A stretch of 64,000 nucleotides of DNA from Candidatus Sungiibacteriota bacterium (GCA_016180435.1 JACPBG010000003.1:77791-141790), one strand, 5' to 3'. Positions 17,662-26,937 are shown, counted from the stretch's first letter. The notes: a model not told the origin generated them from the letters alone. Translations and numbers: made by a program.

Positions 17662-18846
17662 TCATCGGACACCGAGCGTTGTGCCGGAATACTCGAGACC
17701 TTTCGGTTTGATGACGACTTTCTTTTCGTCGCTTCGTTCGATATGTCCAGCGCGGAGCGCACCGATGTTGTGCGAGGTGGCGACTTCGAGAACCGCATCT
17801 GCGTCGGCTTCCGAAATATAGAGCGCGAAGCCCGCGCCCATATTGAAGTTGCCGTACGCCTCTGTGTCGTCCACTGGCCCGTGCTTCTGCAGAAAATCGA
17901 AGATCGGGAGTTGCTTCGGTAGATGCTCGACGATGTAGGCGAACGATTGCGTTGCCCGCATAAGCTTGCGCCAGCCATGACCCGTGATGTTCACGGCGTA
18001 GTGAATGCTCACGCCGCGATTGAGGCAGTCTTCGACGAGACCGACGTAGATGTGCGTAGGGTCGAGAAGCGTCTCGCCGTATGTTCGCCCATCGCCGAGC
18101 CTAGTTAGGTAGCCGTCAGACAGCGCGCGTAACGGAAATTGTTCTGGAATAAAAAGATGCGCCAGCCGCCGCCAGAATCCATCCTTCCTGTCGGCGATTT
18201 TCCGCGCCATCGTGAGACCGTTCGCGTGAATACCGGAGCTCTCGATGAGAACGATTACGTCGCCATGTTGGATGTTGTCCGCGGTGATGAGTCGCTCCTT
18301 CGGCTTCACGAGGCCCATCGCCGAACCGGAAAGCACGATTGCCTCTGGCACAACAACACCTTTGAGTGTCGGGGTTTCTCCGCCACCCCAAACGCATCGC
18401 GCGAGGTTACATGCATTCTTCCAACCCTCGACGAGATCGCGGCATCGCTTCTCATCGTTGAACCAGCTCGAGTCGCCGACGGCGAGGTGCATTGCCACCG
18501 AAAGCGGCAGCGCGCCGAGCGTAATCATGTCGTTCACGATCATCGCCACAGTATCCTGCGCGATGTGGTTGTAATACGATTTGCCGCTAAGGCGATACAT
18601 CGCGTCGGCGACGAGGTTCTTCGTGCCGAGTCCTTCCTCGACATGCGCGAAATAGCTCTTGGCCGCTTCGATGAGGTAGGCGCTTTCACCACGGCTCATC
18701 TCGACTTCTTGAAATTCGCCGTTGTTGAGTCGTCTGATGTTACTTGCGGTTTCGCGACCTGTGAGTTGCGCCATCCGCTTGAACGGATCCATTGCGTCGT
18801 CGTAGTTCACGCCGACGCCAGCGTAGGTCATCTTTATTTGTTGCAT
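17662..18846 (-). CDS. purM: phosphoribosylformylglycinamidine cyclo-ligase (AIR synthase)
   Basis: TYAGVGV, EGLGTK, VAMIVND, GGET, SSGIHANG, NITGHG, FNMGAG; start codon uncertain. Confidence 0.88.
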   Translation of the reverse strand: MQQIKMTYAGVGVNYDDAMDPFKRMAQLTGRETASNIRRLNNGEFQEVEMSRGESAYLIEAAKSYFAHVEEGLGTKNLVADAMYRLSGKSYYNHIAQDTVAMIVNDMITLGALPLSVAMHLAVGDSSWFNDEKRCRDLVEGWKNACNLARCVWGGGETPTLKGVVVPEAIVLSGSAMGLVKPKERLITADNIQHGDVIVLIESSGIHANGLTMARKIADRKDGFWRRLAHLFIPEQFPLRALSDGYLTRLGDGRTYGETLLDPTHIYVGLVEDCLNRGVSIHYAVNITGHGWRKLMRATQSFAYIVEHLPKQLPIFDFLQKHGPVDDTEAYGNFNMGAGFALYISEADADAVLEVATSHNIGALRAGHIERSDEKKVVIKPKGLEYSGTTLGVR

Positions 18847-18981
18847 TCGCATGCGAATGAAGAGCGGGTAATCGTCCCGCGAAATGATTAGCAATCATTT
18901 CGCCCCCGGCTACCCTGCTACATAACTTTAGTTATGATACGGGGCGGGCAAGACCTTTACCCCGCATTAAATTTTCGGCAG

Positions 18982-19052
18982 TCGGGCCATCCGGAATCGG
19001 ACCGGAGACATACCCACCCCAAGGGTACGTATTACCACTATACTATGGCCCG
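18982..19052 (-). tRNA. tRNA-Pro(GGG)
   Basis: CGGGCCA acceptor, TAGTATAGTGGTAATAC D arm, TACCC-TTGGGGT-GGGTA anticodon arm, A73; T loop variant TCCGATT. Confidence 0.88.
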
Positions 19053-19898
19053 TTTTATCCAGTTTATTATTTCGCGTGCAAGTTCTTTTTCTTTTCCGCG
19101 GAAACTATGATTCGTGCCTTTTATGACTATGCCCGAAAATGATTTTGCGTTAGGCGCATTTTTGTGGAAGACCTCTATGAGTTTTTTAGCGGGACGATCT
19201 AGGTGTTCGTCACGCGATCCAAAAATTACCGCAAGCGACGTGCGAATTGAATTCAGGGCGCGCCACGGAGCATTCGGATGATAATAAGGAAAAGTGTCTT
19301 CGGCTCTTCCTGGCGTAAATAAGCTCAAATTTCGTCCGGCGGAGAATAGATAACCATTGGATGTAAATATGGCTGAAGGATCTTTTTTGCATAATCTTTT
19401 GGCGAGTTGGAAATTTTTTTCAAATTTTCGTCTTCCAATACGTTTTATCTCGGCAACAATATCGCTTACTGCCCCAAGAAGCATTAATCCTTTTATGCGC
19501 TTATCCCCGGTTTTATGCATATAATATACGATTTTGTTTGCGCCGGTAGAGTGTCCGGCAAGAATGATATTTTTATAGCCCATCCGCTCGGCCTCATTTA
19601 TCATGGCGCGGACATCTAAAATGCAGTCCTCGAATTTTTCAAATACCGTTCCAAGAAATCTTTTGGGTCCTCGGGCGACAATATCGTGGCCTCTGTTGTT
19701 GAATTTAAAGTATCCGATGCCCAGTTTTTGGCAGCGGGAAGATAATCCCGAGATTAATTTTTGCGAAGAATAAAAAGAGGATGTTAGTCCGTGAACCCAT
19801 ATAAGCGCGGTCCTGCTTTTTCGTTTAGGCGGAACATAAATCCCGTCCAGCGTTACGCCGTCCGAGGTTTTGATTTGGGTTAAGAGAACGGGAATCAT
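19038..19898 (-). CDS. alpha/beta hydrolase
   Basis: VHGL, NNRGH, GHSTG nucleophile elbow, D and NHSF triad. Confidence 0.88.
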   Translation of the reverse strand: MIPVLLTQIKTSDGVTLDGIYVPPKRKSRTALIWVHGLTSSFYSSQKLISGLSSRCQKLGIGYFKFNNRGHDIVARGPKRFLGTVFEKFEDCILDVRAMINEAERMGYKNIILAGHSTGANKIVYYMHKTGDKRIKGLMLLGAVSDIVAEIKRIGRRKFEKNFQLAKRLCKKDPSAIFTSNGYLFSAGRNLSLFTPGRAEDTFPYYHPNAPWRALNSIRTSLAVIFGSRDEHLDRPAKKLIEVFHKNAPNAKSFSGIVIKGTNHSFRGKEKELAREIINWIKRAIV

Positions 19899-19906
19899 GT
19901 AACCAA

Positions 19907-19984
19907 ATCAACGAATAACGAATCTTATTCGAATTTACGAATAAACAAGTTCGTATATTCGTAAGCCATTCGTTATTCGCTGAT
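19907..19984. repeat. family C2 hairpin overlapping the pepA stop
   Basis: atcaacgaataacgaat...attcgttattcgctgat. Confidence 0.85.
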
Positions 19985-21526
19985 GAAATGCGGATATTCT
20001 TTCGCCAGTTCCACAATATATCGTACTCCTGTTCCCGCTGCGCCTTTGCCTAAGTAGTCCGCCTCAACCGCAGTCATGCGCGGCGCAATATCTATGTGGG
20101 CAAAGTGAGTTTCGCCGGCAAATTGTTCCAGAAATTTTGCTCCATGTGTTGCTCCGCCGTATTTGTCTTTGGCGCCGATATTGGCAAGATCGCCGAATGT
20201 GCCTTTGATTTCCGGAAGAAATTCATCCCATAAGGGCAGAGGCCAGACATAGTCCCCGGATTTTTTTCCAACATCAATCATTGCGCGTTCGAGTGATTCA
20301 TCCCCGTCTTTGGTGAAAAGCGCGGAGCAGTGGCTTCCGAGCGCCACATGCGCGGCTCCGGTAAGCGTGGCAAAATTCACCATAAGCCCTGGTTTATACT
20401 TTGTTGCTCCGTAATAAAGCGCATCCGCCAAAATTACGCGTCCCTCGGCGTCAGTATTCAAGACCTCAATGGTTTTTCCGGACATGGTTTTAAGAAGATC
20501 TCCCGGATGATAACTCGAACCCGACGGCATATTTTCTACGGCGGGAATAAGGCCCACGACATTTATTGGGAGTTTGAGCCGTGCGACTGCAGCCATTCCG
20601 TGAATCACTGCCGCACCTCCGGACATATCCATGTGCATTTCATATATATAGTCGGATGGTTTCAAGTTAAGCCCCCCGGTGTCAAAGGTGACACCTTTTC
20701 CGGTAAGAACCAGGGGTTTTTGCTCTTGGGGACCATGAAAATATTCTAAAATTATAAATTGCGGCTTTTCTGAAGATCCGCGCGCAACTCCAAGCACTCC
20801 GCCCATGTTAAGCCGTTGCATGTCTTTTTCATTGAGAATTTTTACGAGAATCCCGTATTTTTTAGCGGTTTGCACCGCTTCATCGGCAAGGCGTTTTGGC
20901 GTCATATCGCCACCCGGAGTATTGGCAAGCGCGCGGCAGGAATTTACCTCCTCTCCGATAATCATGCCATCCCGAATTCCGTCTCTCGCTGATTTAAATG
21001 CGTCTTTCGGCGCCGTCCACTCCGATTGCGATCGGAGCGAGGCTCGCCCCTCGTGGGCGGCAAGATTTACTGTTCTTATTTCCGGCCAGCCGGTTTTGGG
21101 CCTTTCTTTATATTTATTGAATTCAAAATCAGCCATTAGCGCATTGGTCGTGAATAACGAAGCGTCTCTTCGAGCATCGTCGGAAGAAGACGGAAGTTCT
21201 GCGGCAAACTCTTTTATGCGCTCTGATTTTGCGTATCGTGTAAACATGCGTGCAAGCAAGTGTTCTTTGCGGTAGTTCCATTTGGATTTATCGCCAAGTC
21301 CGAAAAGCCGGACGCGTTTTATATTGCCCTTGGGAAACCAAATTGATTTTGTTTCTCCGGCCTCGCCCATGAATTCTTCTTTGGCAAGTTTCCGTACGGC
21401 TGTTTGCACTGATTTTGGCAAATACGAAAAAAGCTCGGCACTTTCGATCCTTTGTTTTTCAAACAGGGCAAAGAAGATATTCGGGGAGCGCGCCGCGGAT
21501 TTATATGTGACAGGAATTATTTTCAC
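19973..21526 (-). CDS. pepA: leucyl aminopeptidase (M17)
   Basis: GKGVTFDTGGLNLK, MHMDMSG, NTDAEGRVIL, ATLTGA. Confidence 0.96.
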   Translation of the reverse strand: MKIIPVTYKSAARSPNIFFALFEKQRIESAELFSYLPKSVQTAVRKLAKEEFMGEAGETKSIWFPKGNIKRVRLFGLGDKSKWNYRKEHLLARMFTRYAKSERIKEFAAELPSSSDDARRDASLFTTNALMADFEFNKYKERPKTGWPEIRTVNLAAHEGRASLRSQSEWTAPKDAFKSARDGIRDGMIIGEEVNSCRALANTPGGDMTPKRLADEAVQTAKKYGILVKILNEKDMQRLNMGGVLGVARGSSEKPQFIILEYFHGPQEQKPLVLTGKGVTFDTGGLNLKPSDYIYEMHMDMSGGAAVIHGMAAVARLKLPINVVGLIPAVENMPSGSSYHPGDLLKTMSGKTIEVLNTDAEGRVILADALYYGATKYKPGLMVNFATLTGAAHVALGSHCSALFTKDGDESLERAMIDVGKKSGDYVWPLPLWDEFLPEIKGTFGDLANIGAKDKYGGATHGAKFLEQFAGETHFAHIDIAPRMTAVEADYLGKGAAGTGVRYIVELAKEYPHFISE

Positions 21527-21530
21527 GGGT

Positions 21531-21643
21531 GTGATGCCAATCTACAAATCTAATGCCAATATAGCGAATTGCGAATCGATTTATGTATAAGCATTCGCAA
21601 TTTGTAGATTAGCATTAAATTCGCATCGGATTGGCATCATTGC
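21531..21643 (-). repeat. family A hairpin supplying the rpmB stop
   Basis: Minus strand gCAA TGAtgccaatc...gattggcatcac. Confidence 0.9.
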
Positions 21644-21852
21644 TGGTGTAGTTTTTTTAAACACTTCACGCAAATTTTTGCGCGTTTCCCGGCCACCTGT
21701 GGCGAGTCTCGCCCTGCGGTGCGGGATTCTAATCTAGCCCATTGTAAATTGGGGTATTTTCTTATGGTTTTTGCTGGGTTATAATGGCTGCGGAGGAAAG
21801 CGCGTTTACCGGCAATAGAGGATCCTTTGTGGCAAAGAAAACAAGTTTTCAT
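21637..21852 (-). CDS. rpmB: 50S ribosomal protein L28
   Basis: CFLC.K.....R.H....R.YPNLQ...ICVKCLK. Confidence 0.85.
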   Translation of the reverse strand: MKTCFLCHKGSSIAGKRAFLRSHYNPAKTIRKYPNLQWARLESRTAGRDSPQVAGKRAKICVKCLKKLHQQ

Positions 21853-21854
21853 GT

Positions 21855-22381
21855 CTTTACGAAATACGAATAGTTACGAATTTACGAATAATGTGCTATT
21901 TTATGTTTACTATACGTTTGAAATGGACATTTCGTGGCGCAAAATACGCAAGTATGCCCAATTTTAGTCCGCCCACCACGAGATATTGATATACTTGCTC
22001 GATGTGATTTTTCACGAATCTATCACCTTTTTTGATCTCTAATATTATCTTATCTTCAATTAGAAAATCCAGGAAGTTACTGCCGATTCGTTCATTCTGA
22101 TACTTGATGGGAAAATACGCTTGTTCTCGAAATTTTAATCCCGCATTTTTTAATGCAATCGCTACTGCGCGTTGATATACTTTTTCGCTGTTGCCAAATC
22201 CCAATTTATTGTATACGTCAAACAATATGCCTATTATTTGATAACTTAACTCCGGGTATACGAGATCTTCTCGTTTAAGCATGTGTCCCGCGTCCATTTT
22301 ATGAGATTATCATGGTTCGGAGATTTTTACAATAGTTAAGCGAGGATTCGTACATTCGTATTTAATTCGTATTTCGTAAAG
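21855..22381. mobile_element. family C element carrying a GxxExxY gene
   Basis: 17-bp perfect terminal IR ctttacgaaatacgaat / attcgtatttcgtaaag enclosing the ORF. Confidence 0.7.
21896..22282 (-). CDS. GxxExxY protein (PD-(D/E)XK-like nuclease)
   Basis: YPELSYQIIG, GFGNSEKVYQ, DFLIEDKIILEIK, QVYQYL. Confidence 0.9.
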   Translation of the reverse strand: MLKREDLVYPELSYQIIGILFDVYNKLGFGNSEKVYQRAVAIALKNAGLKFREQAYFPIKYQNERIGSNFLDFLIEDKIILEIKKGDRFVKNHIEQVYQYLVVGGLKLGILAYFAPRNVHFKRIVNIK

Positions 22382-22384
22382 AAC

Positions 22385-23029
22385 ATGGAAAACGTGATAG
22401 AACCATTTTTTTATATCGCGGTTTTGATTTTTTCCGTAGTGATACACGAGGTATCGCACGGTTTTGTGGCGCTGGCTTTGGGGGACAGAACCGCCAAATA
22501 CGCCGGGAGATTAACTTTAAATCCAATTCCGCATCTTGATCTTTTTGGATCAATTCTTCTGCCCGCCCTGCTCATTATTACGCAAAGTCCGTTTTTGATA
22601 GGTTGGGCCAAGCCGGTTCCGTATAACCCGTATAATTTGCGGAATAAGCGGTGGGGTCCGGCCTGGGTTGGCGCGGCGGGACCCTTGGCGAATCTTTCGC
22701 TTTCTTTGGTTTTCGGGCTGGCAATCCGATTTTTACCGTCAACTCTTGGTATTTTCCCCGGCGCATTTCTTATGAATTTTATGTCCATCGCAAGCTCTAT
22801 TGTATTCATCAACGTTATGCTCGCTGTTTTTAATTTGGTGCCGATTCCGCCGCTGGACGGATCAAAAGTCCTCTTCTCTGTATTACCGTATCAATGGCGC
22901 GGGGTGGAGGCATTTCTGGAGCAATACGGATTTATGATCCTGCTATTTTTTATATTTTTCTTTTCGCACTGGCTATTACCCATTGTTCTATTACTCTTTC
23001 GTTTGATTACCGGAGGATATCCGTTTTAA
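22385..23029 (+). CDS. site-2 protease (M50)
   Basis: HEVSHG, AAGPLAN, FNLVPIPPLDGS. Confidence 0.95.
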   Translation: MENVIEPFFYIAVLIFSVVIHEVSHGFVALALGDRTAKYAGRLTLNPIPHLDLFGSILLPALLIITQSPFLIGWAKPVPYNPYNLRNKRWGPAWVGAAGPLANLSLSLVFGLAIRFLPSTLGIFPGAFLMNFMSIASSIVFINVMLAVFNLVPIPPLDGSKVLFSVLPYQWRGVEAFLEQYGFMILLFFIFFFSHWLLPIVLLLFRLITGGYPF

Positions 23030-23040
23030 CCGTAAATCAC

Positions 23041-23517
23041 ATGAAATATATAAATTATCAAGAATTGAGCGAATTGCAGAAAAAAGCGTTGGATGAAGCA
23101 GCGAATGTTTTGGAGAACTCCTATGCGCCGTATTCAAAATTTCATGTTGGGGCGGCTCTTATTTCTGCGGATGGAACGATAATCACCGGAACTAATTTTG
23201 AAAATGCGGCATATAGCTTGACGGTTTGTGCGGAACGCGCCGCGGTGGTTCGGGCTAATGCGATGGGGATCAAAAAAATTCGAAGTATAGCAGTTATCGC
23301 CCGGGGCGATACTTTTGATACGGTTGAGGTAACTGGTCCTTGTGGCGATTGCCGACAGGTATTATATGAAACCTCGCAAATTTCCAATTGCGATACAGAA
23401 GTTATTCTCTCCACTACAAAAAAAGATAAGATTATCGTTACGTCAATCAAGGAATTGTTACCGCTCGGATTAGGACCCGATGATATTGGGATGGATATTT
23501 CCCGATATCGGCAATAA
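23041..23517 (+). CDS. cdd: cytidine deaminase
   Basis: YAPYSKFHVGAA, NFENAAY..CAER, PCGDCRQ. Confidence 0.93.
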   Translation: MKYINYQELSELQKKALDEAANVLENSYAPYSKFHVGAALISADGTIITGTNFENAAYSLTVCAERAAVVRANAMGIKKIRSIAVIARGDTFDTVEVTGPCGDCRQVLYETSQISNCDTEVILSTTKKDKIIVTSIKELLPLGLGPDDIGMDISRYRQ

Positions 23518-23593
23518 GGCGAATTTTGTTTTGACAATTTTATGAGGAGGAGTTATTCTTGTTCCAGATCACACTATCTATCAGGATCTGAAA

Positions 23594-24259
23594 ATGGATC
23601 ATAAGGAAATGCATCTATATGATGCTTTCGCGCTCATGCGAGATCTTCTCGATACCCATGATGCGCTTGATCTTCTTATAAAAACAGGCCATGCGCGGTT
23701 TGTGGATAAAAGCCAACTTTTTTGGGTCGTGGGATCACCATCACTATTTGAGATAAACGGTAGTCGCATACGGAATGAAGATATTCTGGAATTGGTGCAA
23801 AAAGCTCGAGAGGGGCAAGAAAACTCATATGCTCCGCATTCTCATTTTAATGTGGGGGCGGCAATTCTTGCTGAGAATCGGCTCCGGGATCAAAAAATAT
23901 TTTCCGGCTGCAATATCGAGAATGCGGCTTACAGTCCTACACTCTGCGGTGAAATTACTGCTGCAGCGAAGGCGGTGAGTGCGGGATATCGAAGGTTTCT
24001 GGCATACGCCACGGTCGGCGGTTTTGATGATTCGATGAGTGATGAGCTCCGTGCGAAAACCGTCGGTACTTATGTGACGCCGTGTGGCCGTTGCCGGCAG
24101 TTTACCAAAGAATTCGACGCAGATCCTTGCATGGTGATTGTCGCTCCCGATGAAGGACCGTTTCTTATCTCCACGCTTGAATTTTTACTTCCCGCAGGAT
24201 TCGGTCCGAAAAATCTTGGTGTTGATCCATCTTTATATGACAGACATGCAGTGAAGTAA
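23594..24259 (+). CDS. cytidine deaminase paralog with N-terminal extension
   Basis: YAPHSHFNVGAA, NIENAAY..CGE, PCGRCRQ. Confidence 0.88.
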   Translation: MDHKEMHLYDAFALMRDLLDTHDALDLLIKTGHARFVDKSQLFWVVGSPSLFEINGSRIRNEDILELVQKAREGQENSYAPHSHFNVGAAILAENRLRDQKIFSGCNIENAAYSPTLCGEITAAAKAVSAGYRRFLAYATVGGFDDSMSDELRAKTVGTYVTPCGRCRQFTKEFDADPCMVIVAPDEGPFLISTLEFLLPAGFGPKNLGVDPSLYDRHAVK

Positions 24260-24391
24260 TATAAATTCGCTCCGGTTTACCGCGAGCGGTTTTTTATTTG
24301 TCTGAAATTTTATCTTTAACGGGGTTGACATTGGAAATATCCGTTATATGCTTAACACGAGTCCTTTGCTTTATTCGTGCCGGAGGATTTT

Positions 24392-24826
24392 ATGTGGGAA
24401 TTTTTCCTGGAACATTGGGTTGCATTTGTATTGTCGTGGGTCGCGATCGGATACTTCATTGGTGTTTTCTCGCTCGAGGTTTACGAAAAGTGGGACCTGC
24501 CGGACGGCTCTAAATTCGATAATTTTTTTGGAAACCGGCTTTTTCTTTTTCCGGTTAATTATTTAGATGGTGATGAAAGGAAGTGTGGCATTTGGCCCAT
24601 GGTTCAAACGTCCTTTGAAAAAAATATGAAAGGCCGATACGTCTTGAGTATGATCGTGGGCGGGCCGTTGCGTATTTTGTGGCTTTTGTTTGTCATGGCG
24701 GTGATGATATTAGTGGCAACTTCGTTTTTTTTATTGAGCGCTGTGTCAAGAATGATATCGGCGGGAATGCATCTTTTCCGATTCCCGGCGGACACTGCCG
24801 AAGAAAAATCAGAGCATATTTCTTAA
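24392..24826 (+). CDS. hypothetical membrane protein
   Basis: GGAGG RBS, hydrophobic segments, own promoter and ccccTCgggg terminator. Confidence 0.65.
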   Translation: MWEFFLEHWVAFVLSWVAIGYFIGVFSLEVYEKWDLPDGSKFDNFFGNRLFLFPVNYLDGDERKCGIWPMVQTSFEKNMKGRYVLSMIVGGPLRILWLLFVMAVMILVATSFFLLSAVSRMISAGMHLFRFPADTAEEKSEHIS

Positions 24827-24855
24827 CCCCTCGGGGTTATTTTTTGTGCCATTGA

Positions 24856-24955
24856 CCCCGTTAGAGATGCGGAACGAAATCACGTCAAAGTTTATATATG
24901 ATTAAAGAATACTCTCAGTATGTGTTTAGATGTAACCCAAATCTCTAACGCGGGG
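24856..24955. mobile_element. MITE family B
   Basis: ttga-ccccgttaga...tctaacgcgggg-ttga. Confidence 0.8.
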
Positions 24956-24959
24956 TTGA

Positions 24960-25063
24960 CCCCGTTAGAAAGAAACAGAGAATGCTTTTAATGCGGGAAT
25001 TGTTTGTTTTTACGAATAAAAATGGATTGCTGTTGCTACTATATTTGTTTCTCTCTAACGGGG
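24960..25063. mobile_element. MITE family B (tandem with the previous copy)
   Basis: ttga-ccccgttaga...tctaacgggg-ttga; interior homologous to 50345-50448. Confidence 0.85.
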
Positions 25064-25092
25064 TTGACCGTTTAAACCGGGCTTGGTATACT
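25064..25092 (+). promoter_or_regulatory. putative str operon promoter
   Basis: TTGACC-17nt-TATACT. Confidence 0.65.
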
Positions 25093-25500
25093 TTTTTTAT
25101 TCGGAATTTAGTATTTTGCTTTTGAGGCAATGAGAGGCGCGAAGCGCTACAATAAGCAACCCCCCCAAAGTGAGCACTGGCCGACAAAATTTTCCATTAC
25201 GGAGCTTGAAAATAAGCCGCAGAGCGGCTTCATTCAGAAAATAAAAGAGTGAGTATATAGGCGGTTGAGACCGTTACAATTTGAGATAATGGGAGGCGCG
25301 AAGCGCTACAATAAGAAAATACTAAAGTGAGTATACACGCGGTTTTGGCAATATGATTTTGAAACAATCAGGAGGCGCGATAGCATGGTTTCTCCGCCCG
25401 GGGCGGAGAATATCGCGCCGGATGCTTAGTGAGGTTTGTCGCTGGACAAACCGAACGTGTTTCGAAATTATGTTGCCGAAACCGCTATAGCGAGCAAATC

Positions 25501-25911
25501 ATGCCTACAATTCAACAACTAATCAAACACGGCCGGCACGCCAAAATATATAAAACCCGATCCCCGGCGCTCGGGCGGGGATTTAATGTGCTCAAAAATA
25601 GGCCCGTGTATTATTCTTCGCCTTTCAAGCGCGGCGTTTGCATCAAGGTAACCACCATGACTCCTAAGAAACCAAACTCGGCTTTGCGTAAAGTAGCAAG
25701 GGTGCGCTTGACCAATGGCATGGAGATTACGGCCTATATTCCGGGAGAGGGACATAATTTGCAGGAGCACTCGGTGGTGGTAGTAAGAGGAGGGCGCGTA
25801 AAAGATCTGCCCGGAGTGCAATATCATATTGTAAGGGGGGTGTTGGATACTACGGGGGTGGAGGGCCGCAAACAGCAAAGGTCAAAATATGGAGCAAAGC
25901 GTCCTAAATAG
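25501..25911 (+). CDS. rpsL: 30S ribosomal protein S12
   Basis: [25 protein letters not shown]. Confidence 0.98.
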   Translation: MPTIQQLIKHGRHAKIYKTRSPALGRGFNVLKNRPVYYSSPFKRGVCIKVTTMTPKKPNSALRKVARVRLTNGMEITAYIPGEGHNLQEHSVVVVRGGRVKDLPGVQYHIVRGVLDTTGVEGRKQQRSKYGAKRPK

Positions 25912-25912
25912 T

Positions 25913-25994
25913 TTTACGAAATACTAATCATTACGAATATACGGATTATTTGAAGACGTATTCGTAAATTCGTACTCATTCGTATTTCGTAAAG
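25913..25994. repeat. family C hairpin (empty)
   Basis: tttacgaaatac...gtatttcgtaaag between rpsL and rpsG. Confidence 0.9.
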
Positions 25995-25997
25995 ATC

Positions 25998-26465
25998 ATG
26001 CGTAGAAAAAGGAAATTCACCAGAGAAATAATTCCGGATGCAAAATACAGCAATGTCGCGATTGCCAAATTTATCAACTATGTAATGCGCAAAGGGAAAA
26101 AGTCCACGGCGCAAAAAGTGGTGTATCGCGCCTTTGATGTGATTGAGAAAAAACATCAGCAGGATCCGCTGGCGGTTTTTGATCTGGCTATGAAAAATGC
26201 ATCTCCTTTGATGGAAGTGCGGCCGCGCCGGATTGGCGGAGCTACATATCAGGTGCCGCGTGAAGTCCGGCCCGGGCGTAAAATGGCCCTTACCTATCGC
26301 TGGATTATCGCGGCGGCGCGTTCCAAGAAAGGCAAACCCATGCATGTAAAATTGGCGGAGGAATTGATCGCGGCTTCCAAAAACGAGGGGATGGCGATTA
26401 AAAAGCGGATGGATATGCATAGGATGGCCGAGGCCAATAAAGCGTTTGCGCATTTCGCCTGGTAA
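25998..26465 (+). CDS. rpsG: 30S ribosomal protein S7
   Basis: GKKSTA, RRIGGATYQVP, MAEANKAFAHF. Confidence 0.98.
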   Translation: MRRKRKFTREIIPDAKYSNVAIAKFINYVMRKGKKSTAQKVVYRAFDVIEKKHQQDPLAVFDLAMKNASPLMEVRPRRIGGATYQVPREVRPGRKMALTYRWIIAAARSKKGKPMHVKLAEELIAASKNEGMAIKKRMDMHRMAEANKAFAHFAW

Positions 26466-26467
26466 AA

Positions 26468-26937
26468 TTACTACGAAGGTACGAATTTTTACGAACGTAC
26501 GAATAATTATGCGGGAAATAAAAAAGAAAGATTTATTATATCCTGATTTAAGCTATCAAGTGGTTGGTATTTTATTTGAAGTATTTAATGAACTCGGTTA
26601 TCAGTATCAGGAAAAATATTACCAAAGAGCGATCAGCAAAAGTTTGCATCTGGTAGGCATTCCTTTTCAGGAACAAATTATTTTTCCAATAGAATTTAAG
26701 GGTCAGAAGATTGGCCGGTATATCTTTGATTTTTTAGTTGATAATAAAATTGTTTTAGAAATAAAACGTGGTGACACTTTTTCACCTCAAGATATCCGAC
26801 AAACGATCGCCTACTTAAAAAGATCAAATTTACGACTAGGAATCCTTGCTCGTTTTTCAAGCAAGGGTCTTAAGTTCAAAAGAATAGTAAATATAATTGA
26901 TTCGTAATTTTCGTATTTATTCGTAACTTCGTAGTAA
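26468..26937. mobile_element. family C-type element carrying a GxxExxY gene
   Basis: ttactacgaag...cttcgtagtaa terminal IR with tacgaa units, spanning rpsG stop to fusA start. Confidence 0.75.
26509..26907 (+). CDS. GxxExxY protein (PD-(D/E)XK-like nuclease)
   Basis: YPDLSYQVVG, GYQYQEKYYQ, DFLVDNKIVLEIK, QTIAYL. Confidence 0.9.
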   Translation: MREIKKKDLLYPDLSYQVVGILFEVFNELGYQYQEKYYQRAISKSLHLVGIPFQEQIIFPIEFKGQKIGRYIFDFLVDNKIVLEIKRGDTFSPQDIRQTIAYLKRSNLRLGILARFSSKGLKFKRIVNIIDS

